A DNA stretch of 64,000 nt. Origin: a candidate division FCPU426 bacterium. GTDB taxonomy: Bacteria > Oederibacteriota > Muellerivitia > Muellerivitales > Muellerivitaceae. The stretch lies in contig CAVTWJ010000022.1 in the NCBI GenBank assembly GCA_963738405.1, positions 32,001-96,000 of the forward strand, written 5' to 3'. Below the pieces are notes generated by a model. It was given only the letters and a program-made list of their open reading frames with translations, did not search any database and was not told the origin of the DNA. The translations under genes and the position numbers were made by a program. Positions 51,141-62,478 of the stretch are shown piece by piece. Each line of letters begins with the position of its first letter. The stretch's first letter is position 1.

Positions 51141-51596
51141 ATGATTCGTTTAAAGACTAAAGGTTTCACGCTAATCGAACTGATGATCGTTGTCGCGATC
51201 ATCGGAATTTTGGCTGCGATTGCCATTCCAAAATTCGCGCAGATGCTTGAGAAGTCCAGGGAAGGCGCCACGAAGGGCACCTTGGGTTCTCTCAAATCAG
51301 CTGCTTCTATTTATTACGGGGATCAACAGGGAATTTGGCCAAGCACGCTGAACGCCTTGTCTTCCTATTCTTTCAGCAAATACATGGACAACATTTCGGC
51401 TGTGAAGGTAACCGGAGCTTTCGTTCCCGGCTGTACTTCTCCAGTTGGAAACTTGGTGACCATGACCACACAAGGGGCGGCGCCAACCGCCAGCAGCACT
51501 GGTTGGTTGTATGACAGCACGAATGGTAGCGTGTATGTCAACAGCACCGTCCACGACTCAAAAAATATTCCCTATTCCTTCTACGGGTTTGAATAA
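51141..51596 (+). CDS. Type IV pilin/pseudopilin
   Basis: G-FTLIELMIVVAIIGILAAIAIP prepilin motif; AGGAGG SD. Confidence 0.9.
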   Translation: MIRLKTKGFTLIELMIVVAIIGILAAIAIPKFAQMLEKSREGATKGTLGSLKSAASIYYGDQQGIWPSTLNALSSYSFSKYMDNISAVKVTGAFVPGCTSPVGNLVTMTTQGAAPTASSTGWLYDSTNGSVYVNSTVHDSKNIPYSFYGFE

Positions 51597-51621
51597 GACC
51601 TTTTTGGAATAGTCGTTCGCA

Positions 51622-51655
51622 CAAAGGCGGGACAATAGTTGTCCCGCCTTTTTTT
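51622..51655 (+). terminator. Intrinsic terminator
   Basis: AAAGGCGGGACAA-tag-TTGTCCCGCCTTTTTTT. Confidence 0.9.
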
Positions 51656-52282
51656 ATTTCCCCGCTGAAGATTCAGAGAAAAAATTCCTAACGGCGCGCC
51701 GTAAATAGAATCCCAACAACAGATAAGTCAACAATACACAAAGAACATAAAGGGCAACAAACCATAAGTTGTTTTTGTGGAGTTCCCAGCTCTGGCCTAA
51801 AAAACAACCCGTTACGGTATACCAGGTCACATAAGTAAAAGTTCCAGCCAGGTTATAAATCAGAAATGACCGCCGGGGTGTTTTCCAAATTCCCGCAAGT
51901 AACCCGGTCACTGGATGAAGCAAAGCCACCAACCGGGCGAAGAAAACGGTCTTAGCCCCAAACTTCCCGAAGAATCTTTCCATCCTGTCGAATTTTTCGG
52001 ATGTAAATCCAAACCAAGTGACTTTTTTCAAGAGGGGACGCCCAAAGCCCAAACCCAGCCAATAGGCCGTGGTGCAGCCGAGAAAGCTGGCCCCCGTTCC
52101 TACGGCCATCACCGCCCACCATGAAAGGGACCCCTTCCCCGCCAGAAAGCCGGCCACCAATAATGTTTTATCTCCCGGAGAGGGAATACAGCAGTTGTTC
52201 AAAAAGACCAGCAGGAACAAGATCCAGTAGCCGTCGTGGATCAGTAGGGACTGCAGCCATTCGATCAGGGTTGGGGACTCAC
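51654..52282 (-). CDS. DedA family membrane protein (5' end apparently frameshifted)
   Basis: IPSPGD..L..AGFLA, YWLG and VFFAR; homology frame extends to ~52270 without an ATG/GTG/TTG start, and GTG 52282 is one base out of frame. Confidence 0.8.
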
Positions 52283-52318
52283 TTTCCTAGCCTTGCGTCC
52301 TTTGATTCTACCCTGCGA

Positions 52319-53035
52319 TTAGATCCCCAAGTGCTTTTTAAAAAAGGCCAAGGTCATGGCCCAAACGGCGGCGGCGGAAGCGGGATGATAGGCGGGGCGG
52401 TCATCGCAATTGAACCCGTGTTCCGCTTCTGAAAATTCGGCGTTGATAAAGTCCTTCCCCGAGGCTCGAAGCGCGTCAGTGAGTTCCTTTATCTTTTCAG
52501 GCGGAGTGCCCTTGTCCTTGCCGCCCCAGGCTAAAAGCAAGGGGGCCTTTTGATCCTTGGCCAGTTCCATCGACTGCGACAGGATACGGCTTCCGTAATA
52601 GGAAACGGCCGCTCCCAAATGGAGCGCGGCGTTGGCCATAAAGGCCACCCGTCCGCCCAGACAAAAACCGATGGCTCCGATCTTTTCAGGTTTTATGCCC
52701 GCTTCTTTTTGAAGCCACTCATAAGTCGCCAGAGTATCCGCTGTCAGGGTCTCATCGGAAAGTCCGTCGAAGTGGGGCTTCAAAGCGGGAAAATCCGAGT
52801 AATCCCCCTCAAAACCAACCGGGGCCGTGCGGTGGAAAATTTCTGGGGCAATGGCCACATAACCTTCCTGGGCCAGCCGCCTGGCGATATTTTCGATATG
52901 TTGATTCACCCCAAACGCCTCTTGAAATATTAGAAGCCCAGCTTTGGCAGGGTTTTCGGGCTCGGCCACGAAAGCCGCCATTTTGGTTCCGTCGGAAACT
53001 TTCAGTTCCACCACGCTTTCTTGAATATTGGGCAT
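52319..53035 (-). CDS. Dienelactone hydrolase family protein
   Basis: QEAFGVN, GFCLGG and AEHGF. Confidence 0.92.
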   Translation of the reverse strand: MPNIQESVVELKVSDGTKMAAFVAEPENPAKAGLLIFQEAFGVNQHIENIARRLAQEGYVAIAPEIFHRTAPVGFEGDYSDFPALKPHFDGLSDETLTADTLATYEWLQKEAGIKPEKIGAIGFCLGGRVAFMANAALHLGAAVSYYGSRILSQSMELAKDQKAPLLLAWGGKDKGTPPEKIKELTDALRASGKDFINAEFSEAEHGFNCDDRPAYHPASAAAVWAMTLAFFKKHLGI

Positions 53036-53161
53036 TCCATCCTCCCTATCAAATAAAGGTTAGATCCATGATTGATCGGGACTTATCTAAGACAATCTTC
53101 TTCTCAAAATCAACCAAAGCAGGGGAAATGCCGGTAACGAATGGGTTACTGAACGACCATA

Positions 53162-53383
53162 TCACACAAGTCTATCGATTCCAGTTGGATCATCGGGGTT
53201 TTGGGGCGTGTTATTCGGATTTTTGAGACTTCTAAGCCTTCGATTCTTGCGGTGCTGCATGATCATGAGATATCTCAAATAACGAGCAATCTGGCGCAGA
53301 GGCCGAACCGGGACATTTACTGGCCGTGATGAATTTGTACGAGAAATAGGCTCGATAGGCTCAATCGGGTCGTCAAAGCCCAT
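53162..53383 (-). CDS. Small hypothetical protein
   Basis: AGAGG SD, 73 aa; no recognisable domain. Confidence 0.5.
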   Translation of the reverse strand: MGFDDPIEPIEPISRTNSSRPVNVPVRPLRQIARYLRYLMIMQHRKNRRLRSLKNPNNTPQNPDDPTGIDRLV

Positions 53384-53443
53384 ACCGATGGCCTCTTTTC
53401 TTACTTTTACAGACCCACAAATTGCATTTAAAAAGTCGGAGCG

Positions 53444-56400
53444 TTAAGCCTCAGTCTTCACATTATCGGCGAAATGCGCTTGGATGGACTTAACTTTGAT
53501 TTCTCTTTTTCTTAAGGACTCAATCCCGTTGGCCGCCGCGGCGCAGGCCGAAAGGGTGGTAATACAGGGCACGTTGTATACCACCGCGGTGCGGCGGATC
53601 TGGAAATCATCCGAACGGGGCCCCTTCCCCGCCGGGGTATTCATGATCAATTGGACATCGTGGTTTTTTATTAAATCAATCACATTGGGCCTGCCTTCGT
53701 GCACCTTGCGCACTTCAGTAACTTCAATGCCGTTGCTTACCAGTGCTTGAGCCGTGCCGTGGGTGGCCACAATCTTGAACCCCATGTCGAAAAGGCGCTT
53801 GGCGATAAAGATACTGGAACGTTTGTCCTTATTTTTTACGGAGATAAAGACCGTGCCCTTCAAGGGCAATGCGGAGTTGGCCGCCATCTGGCTCTTGGCG
53901 AAGGCCATTCCGAAATCCTGATCGATGCCCATGACCTCGCCGGTAGATTTCATTTCCGGCCCCAAGACCGTATCAACCCCAGGGAAGCGGTTGAAAGGAA
54001 ATACGGCTTCTTTTACCGCCACATGCTTCAAGTAAGAGACTTCCTTAATTTTAAGTTCCTGCATGGTTTTTCCGGACATCAGCCGGGCCGCAACCTTTGC
54101 CCAGGGGATGCCGGTGGCTTTTGACACAAAGGGGACGGTGCGGGAGGCCCGGGGGTTTACTTCCAGCACATAAACCAGGTCGTTCTTGATGGCATACTGA
54201 ACGTTCATGAGACCCTTCACCTTCAGGGACAAGGCCATTTCCTTGGTGTACTTTCGAATGGTGTTGATCTGGTCCTCGCGCAAGGTATAGGGCGGAATCA
54301 CACAGGCTGAGTCGCCCGAATGGATGCCTGCCTCTTCAATATGTTCCATGATCCCGGCGATCAGAACTTCTTTCCCGTCGCAAACGCAATCGACATCGAC
54401 TTCCAAGGCGTCTTCCAGGAAGTGGTCGATCAAGATGGGCTGGTTGGGGGCCGCCTCGGCCGCCCTAGCCACAAAATCATCCAGCATGGATTCATCGAAA
54501 ACAATTTCCATAGCCCGCCCGCCTAATACGTAGGAGGGACGCACCATCACCGGATAACCGACCTTGCGGGCCACCGGCTTGGCCTGTTTCACATTCATGG
54601 CCGTGCCGTTATCGGGCTGGCGGATCTTGAGCCTTTTCAACATGGCGCCAAACTGCTTGCGGTCTTCCGCCATGTCGATGGATTCGGGCGAGGTACCAAT
54701 GATGGGTGCCCCCGCTTTTTTCAATGAAACCGCCAGTTTCAGGGGCGTCTGGCCCCCAAACTGGACGATAACTCCCTTGGGTTTTTCCCGATCGAGGATA
54801 TTCATCACATCCTCAAAGGTGAGGGGTTCGAAGTAGAGCCGGTTGGAGGTATCGTAGTCAGTAGAGACGGTCTCAGGGTTGTTGTTGACCATGATGACTT
54901 CATAGCCGTCTTCTTTCAGGGCGAAGGCCCCGTGCACACAGCAATAGTCGAATTCAATTCCCTGGCCGATGCGGTTGGGTCCGCCGCCTAAAATCATGAT
55001 CTTCTCGCCCTTATCCGGTGCCGCTTCCCCGTCTTGTCCCTCATAGGAGGAACGCCCCAGCTCGTAGGTGGAGTAGAGATAGGGGGTGAATGCCTCAAAC
55101 TCGGCCCCGCAGGTATCGACCATGCGGTAAACCGGAGTGACCTTCGACAATTTGCGGTATTTTCGGATTTCGGTTTCTTCCGCCTTGCAGAGGAATGCCA
55201 ATTGCTGGTCAGAAAAGCCTAGAGTCTTGGCTTTACGTAAAAGGTCTAACGGCAATTTGGCCTTTAGCTTGCCTTTTTTCTGGGTCGATTTTTCGAGTTC
55301 CTTTTCTACTTCCACCAGGTCCTTCAATTCGTTGAGAAACCAGGGGTCGATACCCGTCAATTTGTAGATCTTCTCCACGTCATAACCCTGCCAGAGGGCC
55401 TGGCGCAAAAAGAAATGGCGGATGGAGGTGGGTTTGCGAAGCTGGGCATCCAACAAGTCGTGGGGCAAAGGCTTGGGCTTACGAGCCCCCGTTTTTTGCC
55501 ACCGGCCTTCCTTGAATTCACGGCCGTCGGCACCCAGGCCGATGGTTCCAGTTTCCATGGAACGCAAGGCTTTCTGGTAGCTTTCTTTAAAGGTCCGGCC
55601 GATGGACATGGTCTCCCCCACGCTTTTCATGGAGGTGTTAAGGATATCCTCGGCGTCCACGAACTTTTCAAAGGTAAACCGGGGAATCTTAGTGACCACA
55701 TAATCGATGGTGGGCTCAAAGGCTGCCTTGGTGTAACGAGTGATGTCGTTGAAGATTTCATCCAGCGAATAGCCCACCGCTAATTTGGCCGCGATTTTCG
55801 CGATCGGAAAGCCGGTGGCCTTGGAGGCTAGGGCGGAAGATCGGGAAACCCGGGGGTTCATCTCGATCACCACCATGCGGCCCGTCTTGGGGTCGGTGCC
55901 GAACTGGATATTCGACCCACCCGTATCCACGCCAATTTCCCTTATGCAGGCGATGGAGGCGTCGCGCATGCGCTGGTATTCCTTATCCGTCAGGGTCTGG
56001 GCGGGAGCCACGGTCACCGAGTCGCCGGTGTGGATGCCCATCGGGTCCATGTTTTCGATGGAGCAGATGATGACCACGTTGTCCTTGAGGTCGCGCATGA
56101 CCTCCATTTCATACTCTTTCCAGCCCAAGATAGATTCCTCAACCAGACACTGGCGGATAGGAGAAAGGTCCAGACCCTTGGAAAGGATTTCCTCGCATTC
56201 CTGCTTGTTATAAGCAATTCCGCCGCCGGTTCCGCCCAGGGTAAAGGCAGGTCGGATGATGACGGGGTAGCCGTTTCCTTCAGCAAACCCTAAGCCTTCC
56301 TCAAGGGTTCTTACCGTAAGGGATTTAGGCAGGTCCAGCCCGATTTTGAGCATGGCTTCTTTGAAGAGCTGACGGTCTTCAGCCTTTTTGATGGCAGCCA

Positions 56401-56758
56401 GATTGGCGCCGATCAGTTCAACTTTGAATTCGTTGAGGGTGCCATTCTCAGCCAGGGCAACGGCGGTATTAAGGGCTGTCTGGCCGCCTAGCGTAGGCAA
56501 GAGAGCGTCCGGGTGTTCCTTTTCGATGATCTTGCGGACCACTTCGGGTGTGATGGGTTCGATATAGGTTTTATGGGCAAATTCAGGGTCAGTCATGATG
56601 GTGGCCGGGTTGGAATTGATGAGGATGACCTCAAAACCCTCTTCTTTGAGGGCCTTGCACCCCTGTGTGCCGGAATAGTCGAATTCACAGGCCTGCCCGA
56701 TGATGATGGGCCCAGCCCCGATGACCATGATCTTTTTGATGTCAGTACGTTTAGGCAT
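53444..56758 (-). CDS. carB: Carbamoyl-phosphate synthase large subunit
   Basis: [18 protein letters not shown] and MGS domain. Confidence 0.98.
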   Translation of the reverse strand: MPKRTDIKKIMVIGAGPIIIGQACEFDYSGTQGCKALKEEGFEVILINSNPATIMTDPEFAHKTYIEPITPEVVRKIIEKEHPDALLPTLGGQTALNTAVALAENGTLNEFKVELIGANLAAIKKAEDRQLFKEAMLKIGLDLPKSLTVRTLEEGLGFAEGNGYPVIIRPAFTLGGTGGGIAYNKQECEEILSKGLDLSPIRQCLVEESILGWKEYEMEVMRDLKDNVVIICSIENMDPMGIHTGDSVTVAPAQTLTDKEYQRMRDASIACIREIGVDTGGSNIQFGTDPKTGRMVVIEMNPRVSRSSALASKATGFPIAKIAAKLAVGYSLDEIFNDITRYTKAAFEPTIDYVVTKIPRFTFEKFVDAEDILNTSMKSVGETMSIGRTFKESYQKALRSMETGTIGLGADGREFKEGRWQKTGARKPKPLPHDLLDAQLRKPTSIRHFFLRQALWQGYDVEKIYKLTGIDPWFLNELKDLVEVEKELEKSTQKKGKLKAKLPLDLLRKAKTLGFSDQQLAFLCKAEETEIRKYRKLSKVTPVYRMVDTCGAEFEAFTPYLYSTYELGRSSYEGQDGEAAPDKGEKIMILGGGPNRIGQGIEFDYCCVHGAFALKEDGYEVIMVNNNPETVSTDYDTSNRLYFEPLTFEDVMNILDREKPKGVIVQFGGQTPLKLAVSLKKAGAPIIGTSPESIDMAEDRKQFGAMLKRLKIRQPDNGTAMNVKQAKPVARKVGYPVMVRPSYVLGGRAMEIVFDESMLDDFVARAAEAAPNQPILIDHFLEDALEVDVDCVCDGKEVLIAGIMEHIEEAGIHSGDSACVIPPYTLREDQINTIRKYTKEMALSLKVKGLMNVQYAIKNDLVYVLEVNPRASRTVPFVSKATGIPWAKVAARLMSGKTMQELKIKEVSYLKHVAVKEAVFPFNRFPGVDTVLGPEMKSTGEVMGIDQDFGMAFAKSQMAANSALPLKGTVFISVKNKDKRSSIFIAKRLFDMGFKIVATHGTAQALVSNGIEVTEVRKVHEGRPNVIDLIKNHDVQLIMNTPAGKGPRSDDFQIRRTAVVYNVPCITTLSACAAAANGIESLRKREIKVKSIQAHFADNVKTEA

Positions 56759-57209
56759 GTTTCCTCATGTGAAATTTATATAAAGCATTTTCAAAAATAA
56801 GCCAAATCACAAAGGCAATCACATACACAATTACAGCGTGTTCCGGAATAGACCCCGGCCAAAAATGTTGTTGCACTAAATAACCGATTTCAAGAAAGCC
56901 ACATGCAAGAATCCACGAAATTAGTAAATAGATTGATCCTGACCCCATTTTGATTTTTCTTTTCTCTTTTAAAGCAAATACCATTACAACGCTTAAAAAA
57001 GACAAAAACATATATGCCCTACCCAAAAAAACTATTGTTCCAAACATGACAACAGAGAACAACAGTCCCACGAACAATAAGAATAATAGGTCATTAATTT
57101 TTTGATTCTTAAACTTCTTAAATAACATTTGAATAAAAAGAATAAAGGTAAACCCTACAATCAATAGAATCGGCCAATATTTTCTTATATATTCAAAATC
57201 AATATTCAC
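56751..57209 (-). CDS. AT-rich hypothetical membrane protein between carA and carB
   Basis: About 5 TM segments; overlaps the carB start. Confidence 0.7.
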   Translation of the reverse strand: MNIDFEYIRKYWPILLIVGFTFILFIQMLFKKFKNQKINDLLFLLFVGLLFSVVMFGTIVFLGRAYMFLSFLSVVMVFALKEKRKIKMGSGSIYLLISWILACGFLEIGYLVQQHFWPGSIPEHAVIVYVIAFVIWLIFENALYKFHMRKHA

Positions 57210-57221
57210 AAACTCATCCTT

Positions 57222-58400
57222 TTAAGAATTCTTCTCAACCATTTCTCTAAACTGTTTGAACAAATAACTCGCGTCATGAGGCCCGGGCGAGGCTTCGGGA
57301 TGATACTGCACGCTGAAGACCGGCTTGTTCTTCAGTTCCATCCCTTCACTGGTGTTGTCGCTCAGGTTGATGTGGGAGAGGGTGATTTCTTCCCTGTTAA
57401 GACTCTCGTTATCCACAGCGAACCCATGGTTTTGGCTGGTGATCTCGACTTTTTGATTCAGGGTGTTGAGAACCGGCTGGTTGCCGCCCCGGTGGCCGAA
57501 CTTCAGCTTGTAGGTTTTGCCCCCCAAGGCTAACCCCAAAATCTGGTGCCCCAGGCAAATGCCGAAAGTCGGAACGTTCTTATCGATCAATTGCCGGACT
57601 GTCTCAATGACATATGGCACACCCTCGGGGTCGCCGGGACCGTTGGAAAGAAACACACCCTTGAACCCTTGGTTCATCAAGCCCTCGAACTTCGTGGTCG
57701 CGGGGAACACCGTTACATCGAATCCCTCGGCGGTCAGTTTTCGCAAAATGTTGTATTTGATCCCGCAATCCAAGGCAGCAATAGGGATTCCAGCCCGGAC
57801 CTTTTCGGGATGGTGGAGGTGCAATTGTTCTTCGATCGGTTTCGTCGATTGGAGAGGCGTCGCTAAGTCGTAAGGTAATTCACTCCAGTGATAGGGTTTG
57901 TCACAGGAAACTTCCTTCACCAAATCTCGCCCAATCAGACCTGGGCTGTCCTTAGCTTGTTTGACCAATTTCTTGGGATCCAATTCCAGGGTCGAAAGCA
58001 CCCCTTTTTTTGCCCCAAACTTACGCAAATGGGAGGTCAAGGCACGGGTATCGACCCCCTCAATGCCAATAATGTTGTTCTTTTTCAAGTAATCCGAAAG
58101 GGTAGCGGTCATGCGGTAACTGGAAGGATGTTTGCAGTATTCCTTCACCACGAACCCAGAAAGGAAGGGCTTGCGGGACTCCACATCCACGTTGTTCACC
58201 CCGTAATTGCCGATCATGGGGTAGGTCATGGTGACGATCTGGCCGCAATAGGAGGGGTCGGTGAGGATTTCCTGATAGCCCGTCATGGAGGTATTGAAAA
58301 CAACCTCGCCGAAGCTTTTGCCGTCGGCCCCAAAACTTAACCCTTCGAACCAAGTACCGTCTTCGAGAGCCAACACCGCTTTCTTAACTTTAGAAGCCAC
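57222..58400 (-). CDS. carA: Carbamoyl-phosphate synthase small subunit
   Basis: EVVFNTSMTGYQE, LSNGPGDP, GICLGHQ and QYHPEASPGP. Confidence 0.98.
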   Translation of the reverse strand: MASKVKKAVLALEDGTWFEGLSFGADGKSFGEVVFNTSMTGYQEILTDPSYCGQIVTMTYPMIGNYGVNNVDVESRKPFLSGFVVKEYCKHPSSYRMTATLSDYLKKNNIIGIEGVDTRALTSHLRKFGAKKGVLSTLELDPKKLVKQAKDSPGLIGRDLVKEVSCDKPYHWSELPYDLATPLQSTKPIEEQLHLHHPEKVRAGIPIAALDCGIKYNILRKLTAEGFDVTVFPATTKFEGLMNQGFKGVFLSNGPGDPEGVPYVIETVRQLIDKNVPTFGICLGHQILGLALGGKTYKLKFGHRGGNQPVLNTLNQKVEITSQNHGFAVDNESLNREEITLSHINLSDNTSEGMELKNKPVFSVQYHPEASPGPHDASYLFKQFREMVEKNS

Positions 58401-58425
58401 CCCTATCCCCTTTTCCGATCAAAGT

Positions 58426-59706
58426 TCATTCTGCTTGGAATTTCACTTCACCGCTTACGATAGTCGTAGCGGCAAAACCCTTTAGGTTCCACCCGTTGAA
58501 GGGTGAATTCTTGCCCCGGCTTTTAAACTTGCTCACATCCACCTTTTGCTCGGTTTGGATGTCGAAGATCGCCACATCCGCTACGGCCCCTTCGCTCAAG
58601 GTTCCCTTATCGATTCCCACGATCTTGGAGGGTGCGGTGGTCAGCATTTCAATTGCGCGGGAGAGGGTGATGACCCCAGGTTCCACCAGGTGGCTGTAGG
58701 TAAGAGGAAAGAGCGTTTCGAGGCCGACAATGCCGAAGGCGGCTTCGTCAAATTCACATTGTTTCTCGGTGGAAGCGTGGGGCGCGTGGTCGGTGGCGAT
58801 GCAGTCGATGACGCCTTCTTTAATTCCCTTGCGAATGGCCGCCACATCCTCTTCGCTTCTTAAGGGCGGGTTCATCTTGAAGTTGGCGTTGTAGTTCTTG
58901 ATCGATTTGTCCGACAGGCTCCAGTAGTGGGGGGCTGTTTCGGCCGTCACTTTAAGGCCCTTTTTCTTTGCTTGCCGCACCAGCTCCACCGACCCGGCTG
59001 TTGAAAGGTGAGCCACGTGGAATCGTGCTCCGGTCATTTCGGCCAGCACAATGTTGCGGGCCACCATGACCGTCTCGGAAGCTGCCGGGATACCCCGAAG
59101 GCCCAACAGGGTGGAGGATACCCCTTCGTTCATAACCCCGTTATTGGCCAGGTTGATATCCTCGCAGTGGTCAATGACCACCAGGTCGAGCATTTTGGCG
59201 TATTCCATAACCCGGCGCATGAGCTCGGCGTTCATAATCGATGACCCGTCGTCGGAGAGCCCCACTGCCCCGGCGCGTTTGAGTTCGCCCAATTCCGCCA
59301 TCTCAGCGCCTTCCCGGCGCTTGGAGATACAGCCCACGGGGAAGACGTGGCAGTGGCCCTCTTTTTCGGCTTTGGCCTTGATGAAGTAAACGATGGCTTG
59401 GTCGTCAATGGGCGGGTTAGTGTTGGGCATACAGGCTACCGAGGTAACCCCCCCGGCTACCGCCGCCAGGGTGCCGGTGGCGATGGTTTCTTTATATTCA
59501 AACCCGGGCTCCCGCAGGTGCACATGGATATCCACCAGGCCAGGCGTTACGATTTTGCCATTGGCGTTGATAGTTTCATCGGCCTTCACCTTTAGGTTCT
59601 TCCCTACCTTAGCTATTTTTCCCTCTTGGATGAAGACTTCCGCCTCGCCGTCCAATTGATTGGCGGGATCAACCACGTGGCCGCCTTGGATTAGGATCGA
59701 TTTCAT
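58426..59706 (-). CDS. pyrC: Dihydroorotase
   Basis: [17 protein letters not shown] and ATDHAPH. Confidence 0.95.
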   Translation of the reverse strand: MKSILIQGGHVVDPANQLDGEAEVFIQEGKIAKVGKNLKVKADETINANGKIVTPGLVDIHVHLREPGFEYKETIATGTLAAVAGGVTSVACMPNTNPPIDDQAIVYFIKAKAEKEGHCHVFPVGCISKRREGAEMAELGELKRAGAVGLSDDGSSIMNAELMRRVMEYAKMLDLVVIDHCEDINLANNGVMNEGVSSTLLGLRGIPAASETVMVARNIVLAEMTGARFHVAHLSTAGSVELVRQAKKKGLKVTAETAPHYWSLSDKSIKNYNANFKMNPPLRSEEDVAAIRKGIKEGVIDCIATDHAPHASTEKQCEFDEAAFGIVGLETLFPLTYSHLVEPGVITLSRAIEMLTTAPSKIVGIDKGTLSEGAVADVAIFDIQTEQKVDVSKFKSRGKNSPFNGWNLKGFAATTIVSGEVKFQAE

Positions 59707-60641
59707 GCGCTCACCCCTTCTTTGTTCTCGCCTTGCAGGAGATAGAGAACTGCCATCCTTACCGCCACGCCGTTGGTGACCTGTTCGTCAATGACCGACT
59801 GGGAACCGTCGGCGACGCCGGAGGATATTTCCACCCCACGGTTCATGGGGCCTGGGTGCATGACCAGAGCGTCTTTTTTGGCCAGTTTCAACCGACTGGT
59901 CGTGATGCCGTAGAGCATGGAATATTCGCGAATCGTTGGAAAAAGATTCTTTTTCTGGCGTTCCAACTGGAGCCGGAGCACATAGACCACATCCGTTCCC
60001 TCGAGGGCCTTGTTCAAGTCGTGGAAAATTTCCACTCCCATTTTTTCAATGCCGTAGGGAAGAAGGGTCGGGGGAGCGCAAAGCCTGACCTTTGCCCCCA
60101 GCTTGGTAAGTCCGTAGATGTTAGAGCGGGCAACACGGCTATGGGTGATGTCACCGATGATCGTGACCGTCAGGCCTTCCACTTTCCCCTTTTGTTCGCG
60201 GATGGTGAAAAGATCTAGCAATCCTTGGGTGGGGTGCTCATGGGCCCCGTCTCCCGCGTTAATCACCGAGGCCCCCGTTGCGTCAGCCAGCATTTTGGCC
60301 ACACCGGAAGATTTGTGTCGGACCACCAGGGCATCGATGGTCATGGATTCCAGGGTTTTAAGGGTATCCAGCAGGGTTTCGCCCTTCACCAGCGATGAGG
60401 AGCCGGTTTGGACGTTCAGAATGTCAGCTGAAAGGCGTTTAGCCGCTAACTCGAAGGAAATGCGGGTTCGGGTGGAGGGTTCGTGGAAGAACAAGACCAC
60501 CGTGCGGCCCCGGAGAGCCGGAACCTTTTTGACCGAGCGGGTGGAAACTTCTTTAAAGGAATTGGCGGTGTCGAGGATATGGTTGATCTCGGAGGCTGAG
60601 AGGTCTTCCAGGGTGAGCAGGTCTTTGGTTTTCCAGGTCAT
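59703..60641 (-). CDS. pyrB: Aspartate carbamoyltransferase catalytic subunit
   Basis: [20 protein letters not shown] and HPGPMNRG; true start ATG 60641. Confidence 0.97.
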   Translation of the reverse strand: MTWKTKDLLTLEDLSASEINHILDTANSFKEVSTRSVKKVPALRGRTVVLFFHEPSTRTRISFELAAKRLSADILNVQTGSSSLVKGETLLDTLKTLESMTIDALVVRHKSSGVAKMLADATGASVINAGDGAHEHPTQGLLDLFTIREQKGKVEGLTVTIIGDITHSRVARSNIYGLTKLGAKVRLCAPPTLLPYGIEKMGVEIFHDLNKALEGTDVVYVLRLQLERQKKNLFPTIREYSMLYGITTSRLKLAKKDALVMHPGPMNRGVEISSGVADGSQSVIDEQVTNGVAVRMAVLYLLQGENKEGVSA

Positions 60642-60648
60642 GGGCGCC

Positions 60649-61197
60649 TCAACTTTCCGTCTCGGCGATGACGACTTCATCCACGCCGTCCCGTTCCTTG
60701 ACATGGACCAAGACTTCCTCTTTGGAGCTGGAAGGAATATTTTTTCCGATGTAATCGGGATGGATTGGGAATTCCCGGTGGCCCCGGTCCACCAGTACCG
60801 CCAGGCGGATGGCAACTGGCCTGCCGAAGTCGATGATCTGGTCGATGGCGGCCCGCACGCTTCGGCCCGTATAGAGGACATCATCCACCAGAACCACTTT
60901 CTTGTTGTTCACATCGAAGGGAAGATGGGTGGATTCGGGGGCTTTCTCAGGTTTGTGGGTTCCGGCGTCATCCCGGTAAAAGGTGATATCCAAGGCGCCG
61001 TTGGGGATGTCAGTTCCCTCAATAGCTTTAACTTTTTGGGCCAACCGTTCGGCCAGCACTTCCCCCCGGCTGCGGATACCGATAAATACCAGGTTTTGCG
61101 TGCCTTTATTGCGTTCCAGGATCTCGTGGGCGATGCGGGTCAGGGCGCGGTCCATGTCCCGGGCATCCAATACCACCGCTTTGATTTTGGGGGCCAT
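60649..61197 (-). CDS. pyrR: Pyrimidine operon attenuation protein/UPRTase
   Basis: [26 protein letters not shown] and DRGHRE.PI..DY.GKN. Confidence 0.97.
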   Translation of the reverse strand: MAPKIKAVVLDARDMDRALTRIAHEILERNKGTQNLVFIGIRSRGEVLAERLAQKVKAIEGTDIPNGALDITFYRDDAGTHKPEKAPESTHLPFDVNNKKVVLVDDVLYTGRSVRAAIDQIIDFGRPVAIRLAVLVDRGHREFPIHPDYIGKNIPSSSKEEVLVHVKERDGVDEVVIAETES

Positions 61198-61223
61198 TAG
61201 GACACCACCTTCAAGACTAGGGG

Positions 61224-61336
61224 CAAAAAAAATCCCGAATCACCCTTTTGAGGTGTTCGGGACAGGTTGGTTTCTAGGGCACAAGCATGCGTCATTCGTT
61301 TTTCCTTTAGGGTCTCTCGGGACCCTGTTTAAAGGC
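61224..61336 (-). promoter_or_regulatory. PyrR-binding loop and attenuator terminator
   Basis: Minus strand CCTTTAAACAGGGTCCCGAGAGACCCTAAAGG, followed by TCCCGAA..CACC...GGTGATTCGGGA-TTTTTTT. Confidence 0.85.
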
Positions 61337-61343
61337 TGAGCGG

Positions 61344-61371
61344 ATTATACGATTTTTCAAACTTCTGTCAA
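61344..61371 (-). promoter_or_regulatory. Consensus sigma70 promoter of the pyr operon
   Basis: TTGACA-16bp-TATAAT directly upstream of the PyrR loop. Confidence 0.85.
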
Positions 61372-61457
61372 GAATAGTAAAAACTCTCGAAAGTCTTGAA
61401 GAACCGCGAAGGGAAAGGCAAAGTAACTGGGTTCGACTAAGCCAAGACCGAGGTAAA

Positions 61458-62186
61458 ATGTTGAAAAGGGCCCAAGAAAAAAATGTCATTCGGTTTGACC
61501 AAGACATCCGGGAAAATAAAGGTTACCTTTGTGCTGACCTGGATAAACTTTCCTGCAGATTCGCGACCACCCGAATCACTCAAGCGGTCAATATTTTCGC
61601 CGAGTTGAAGGGAAAAAGGGTCATCGATTTAGGTTGTGGAGACGGGACTTTTGTTTTCGAATTTCTCAAGCATGGGCCTGCCTTCGTTCTGGGTTTGGAT
61701 GCCTCGCGGGAAGCCATTCGGATTGCCAGGAAAAACTCAAAGTTTTCGAGAAAATTCCATTTCAGGGTCATGGACATTTACGAGGTCGGGAAAATAAAAG
61801 GGCGGTATGATGTGGCCGTAGTTCGAGGAATGTTGCACCATCTTTATCGGCCTCAGGAGGCCATCGCCGCTATTTCCAAGATAGCCGACACAATCATTGT
61901 AGTTGAGCCAAACGGGTTCAATCCGATCCTGAAAATCATTGAAAAAATCTCTTCGTACCACGTGGCGCATGAGGAAAAATCCTTTTTCCCCACTACTTTG
62001 AACTCATGGTTTGAAAGCACAGGCTCAAAAGTAGTTGGTTACACCTACTGCGGCCTTGTTCCTTTTTTCTGTCCTGACTGGATGGCGACCATTCTAAAAA
62101 TCTTTGAACCTATTCTGGAACGGATTCCAATCGCGAAACAACTGTCCTGCGCCCAGTATGTGTTCAAGGTCAACACCAATCTTTAA
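61458..62186 (+). CDS. Class I SAM-dependent methyltransferase
   Basis: VIDLGCGDG, GLDAS, YDVAV...LHHL and VEPN. Confidence 0.88.
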   Translation: MLKRAQEKNVIRFDQDIRENKGYLCADLDKLSCRFATTRITQAVNIFAELKGKRVIDLGCGDGTFVFEFLKHGPAFVLGLDASREAIRIARKNSKFSRKFHFRVMDIYEVGKIKGRYDVAVVRGMLHHLYRPQEAIAAISKIADTIIVVEPNGFNPILKIIEKISSYHVAHEEKSFFPTTLNSWFESTGSKVVGYTYCGLVPFFCPDWMATILKIFEPILERIPIAKQLSCAQYVFKVNTNL

Positions 62187-62478
62187 ATGTTTTTCCCATC
62201 TTTGCCGGGTCGCCACATTAAAATTTTCGGACGCTTCCAAGGGCAATCACCTCTAGCGCTTTTGATCCAGTTTCAATGAATATCGCAAGTTTTGAGAATT
62301 TTGTTTTATAACAAAATCGAAGTTCATCGAAAACGCAAGAGTCAATTGAGGTCTTTTAAAAAGCGGGTTAAAATCAACTGACGTAAGTCAAAATTCTCTA
62401 ACACTTTATTTATCGGCCCTCACGAGATGCTCGTTTGTTCCTATTCCATGTTCTAACTAAATTTTCCGGGAATTCCCA

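Noticed and set aside
60642..60884. 80 aa N-terminal extension of PyrB
   Set aside because: It overlaps pyrR in another frame; homology starts at ATG 60641.
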